In this document: positions 62,681-64,000 of the stretch, piece after piece
How the letters are laid out: every line of letters starts with the position of its first letter
Position numbering within the stretch: position 1 is the first letter of the stretch
IMG/VR virus record: IMGVR_UViG_3300023174_000037
DNA: 64,000 bases
Reading direction: 5' to 3' (one strand)
Source of the DNA: a virus
Taxonomy: Duplodnaviria; Caudoviricetes
Translations under genes and position numbers: made by a program
Notes under the pieces: model-generated
Seen by the model: only the letters and a program-made list of their open reading frames with translations
The model's database searches: none
Told to the model about the DNA's origin: nothing

Positions 62681-64000
62681 CTAGTAATTTAACTCGTCAA
62701 AGATTTCGTCAGATGTTTTGCCATCAAATCTGTTTTCCTTAAGCCATTCGTAGTAGTTTGGCCATTTGGATTCACGAATATACTTGTTTCTTGCTTGATT
62801 ATACTGACAAAACGCCGTGAACATTTCCAAATCACGATCTGTTGGGCGCGGTAACTTGAATTTAGAAACATCAACATTACAACTAACAACTAATCTGGCG
62901 TAGGCCTGTTGCCAGTTCCAGGTCAGTCGTGAATTAATACCGCTGGTTTTCATTTCAATAATGTCTTGAAGTTGCTCTAGAAAATGTTCGTCTTGGGCTC
63001 GTTGTCTTTGTAGATCCCAAAAGTTGCCAGTCTTGTTGGAAAATCCCAGCATGAGAGTCATTCTTAATGCCACTTCGTCCAATACGGGTTTTTGTAATGC
63101 GTTGTATTGAGTTTCAATGTCTTGAATCGACAACTCATGCTGATTCAGTAACTTGATAAGATTTTCTAATCCCCGACTGTGGGTTCCAATTAGATTGCCA
63201 TCAAACGGATGAATCAATCCTGATGCCAGTCCAAACGCAATGGTGTTACCATAGCATGATCGTTCATAATAGCCTGACTTCCACGAAATCACCAAGGGAT
63301 CGGTTACTTTATAATCACCAGCCTTGGACTGTAGATACTCGTGTATCTTGTCTTTTTCTGCCATAGAACTCATATAGCAATAGCCGTTGCCAGTTCTGTG
63401 ATACAGATTTATTTTAAATCCCCAGCCGTGTTCCAGGCCCGAGAACGTTGTGGCTCCAACCATTTCTGTATGTGGGTCAGTGTATTTTCGTGGATAGACC
63501 ATGGCACTGTCGGGCGCATATTTTGAATGATCAATCCATGATTGATTATCTAGTCGAGACATAATTACTCGTCTAAAACCAGTTAGGTCCAAATACATAT
63601 CACCAACAATATTTTTGTGACTGTCTGTTACTACACTAGTAATGTGTCCGTTGTGATCTTGTTCAATATCCTGTATCACTGCATCAATTTCTTCGACCTG
63701 ACCTGGAAAGTTAGCAATACAAATGTCGCGCATTAGAATAGCAGTTTTATCAGCATCAAAATGATAGGAGAATCCGTCATTGGGTCTCAGTATATAATTG
63801 TTGTTGGCGTCGTAAGGTGCCTTTGGAACGCTTGAAAAATATTGGGTATCAATAATATCATCAACCATCTGATTCATAGTCCGAGGGTTTTGTTGATGTG
63901 CCCATAACCAAGTATCGATGATGCCGGCATCGCCGGGTCGTGCTGTCCATGTTTCATAATAGTCAGGATAGTCAAACGCAGAATAAAATTTGACAAGACT
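62681..64000 (-). CDS. Tryptophan-halogenase-family flavoprotein (5'-truncated by window edge)
   Basis: Frame is open to 64000. 'YHFDA', 'YLDLTGFRRVI', 'GWGFKINL.HRTGNGY.Y', 'GLASGLIHPFDG' follow the PrnA-family layout with degenerate motifs. Confidence 0.7.
   Translation of the reverse strand, partial: SLVKFYSAFDYPDYYETWTARPGDAGIIDTWLWAHQQNPRTMNQMVDDIIDTQYFSSVPKAPYDANNNYILRPNDGFSYHFDADKTAILMRDICIANFPGQVEEIDAVIQDIEQDHNGHITSVVTDSHKNIVGDMYLDLTGFRRVIMSRLDNQSWIDHSKYAPDSAMVYPRKYTDPHTEMVGATTFSGLEHGWGFKINLYHRTGNGYCYMSSMAEKDKIHEYLQSKAGDYKVTDPLVISWKSGYYERSCYGNTIAFGLASGLIHPFDGNLIGTHSRGLENLIKLLNQHELSIQDIETQYNALQKPVLDEVALRMTLMLGFSNKTGNFWDLQRQRAQDEHFLEQLQDIIEMKTSGINSRLTWNWQQAYARLVVSCNVDVSKFKLPRPTDRDLEMFTAFCQYNQARNKYIRESKWPNYYEWLKENRFDGKTSDEIFDELNY

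Noticed and set aside
19955-63526. Antisense ORFs overlapping enzyme genes (e.g. 32339-, 35126-, 37265+, 52050+, 52093+, 61511+)
   Set aside because: Fully nested opposite well-supported genes; composition reflects reverse-complement codon bias.
1-64000. CRISPR array, tRNA, rRNA, integrase, transposase or intein
   Set aside because: No repeat-spacer periodicity, cloverleaf, or recognisable catalytic/splicing motifs seen by eye. tRNAscan-SE and CRISPR finders were not run.
1-64000. Alternative genetic code (stop-codon reassignment)
   Set aside because: Genes tile almost without gaps under code 11, including a 14.8-kb ORF; TAA, TAG and TGA all end genes.

Overview
A 64-kb, densely coding (roughly 40% GC by eye, standard genetic code) fragment of a large tailed dsDNA phage genome, judged from virion genes, thyX, endonuclease VII, T4-like late promoter motifs and many tiny ORFs. 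A Bug/TctC-family binding protein weakly suggests a betaproteobacterial host. Four blocks: (1) 1-19.6 kb, + strand virion module: truncated baseplate-wedge-like gene, a 4932-aa giant structural protein, an intramolecular-chaperone tail protein and a Thr-rich protein, closed by a terminator. (2) 19.65-50 kb, a ~30-kb modification island: 7 radical SAM genes (1 B12-binding; 6 with an N-terminal auxiliary Fe-S domain), about 7 glycosyltransferase-like genes, sulfotransferase, O-carbamoyltransferase, amidinotransferase, DegT aminotransferase, two NDP-sugar epimerases, two nucleotidyltransferases, an HldE-type heptose kinase and thyX. (3) 50-59.4 kb, - strand early-type region: repeated sigma70 promoter cassettes, a MoxR AAA ATPase / VWA-metallopeptidase pair, an eighth radical SAM gene, endonuclease VII and a family of small paralogous proteins. 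(4) 59.4-64 kb, - strand: Trp-halogenase-like (truncated), Bug/TctC binding protein with a structured leader, PP-loop ATPase and acyl-CoA-dehydrogenase-like genes. No tRNA, rRNA, CRISPR array, integrase or transposase was seen. All product calls come from motif recognition by eye; no database search was run.
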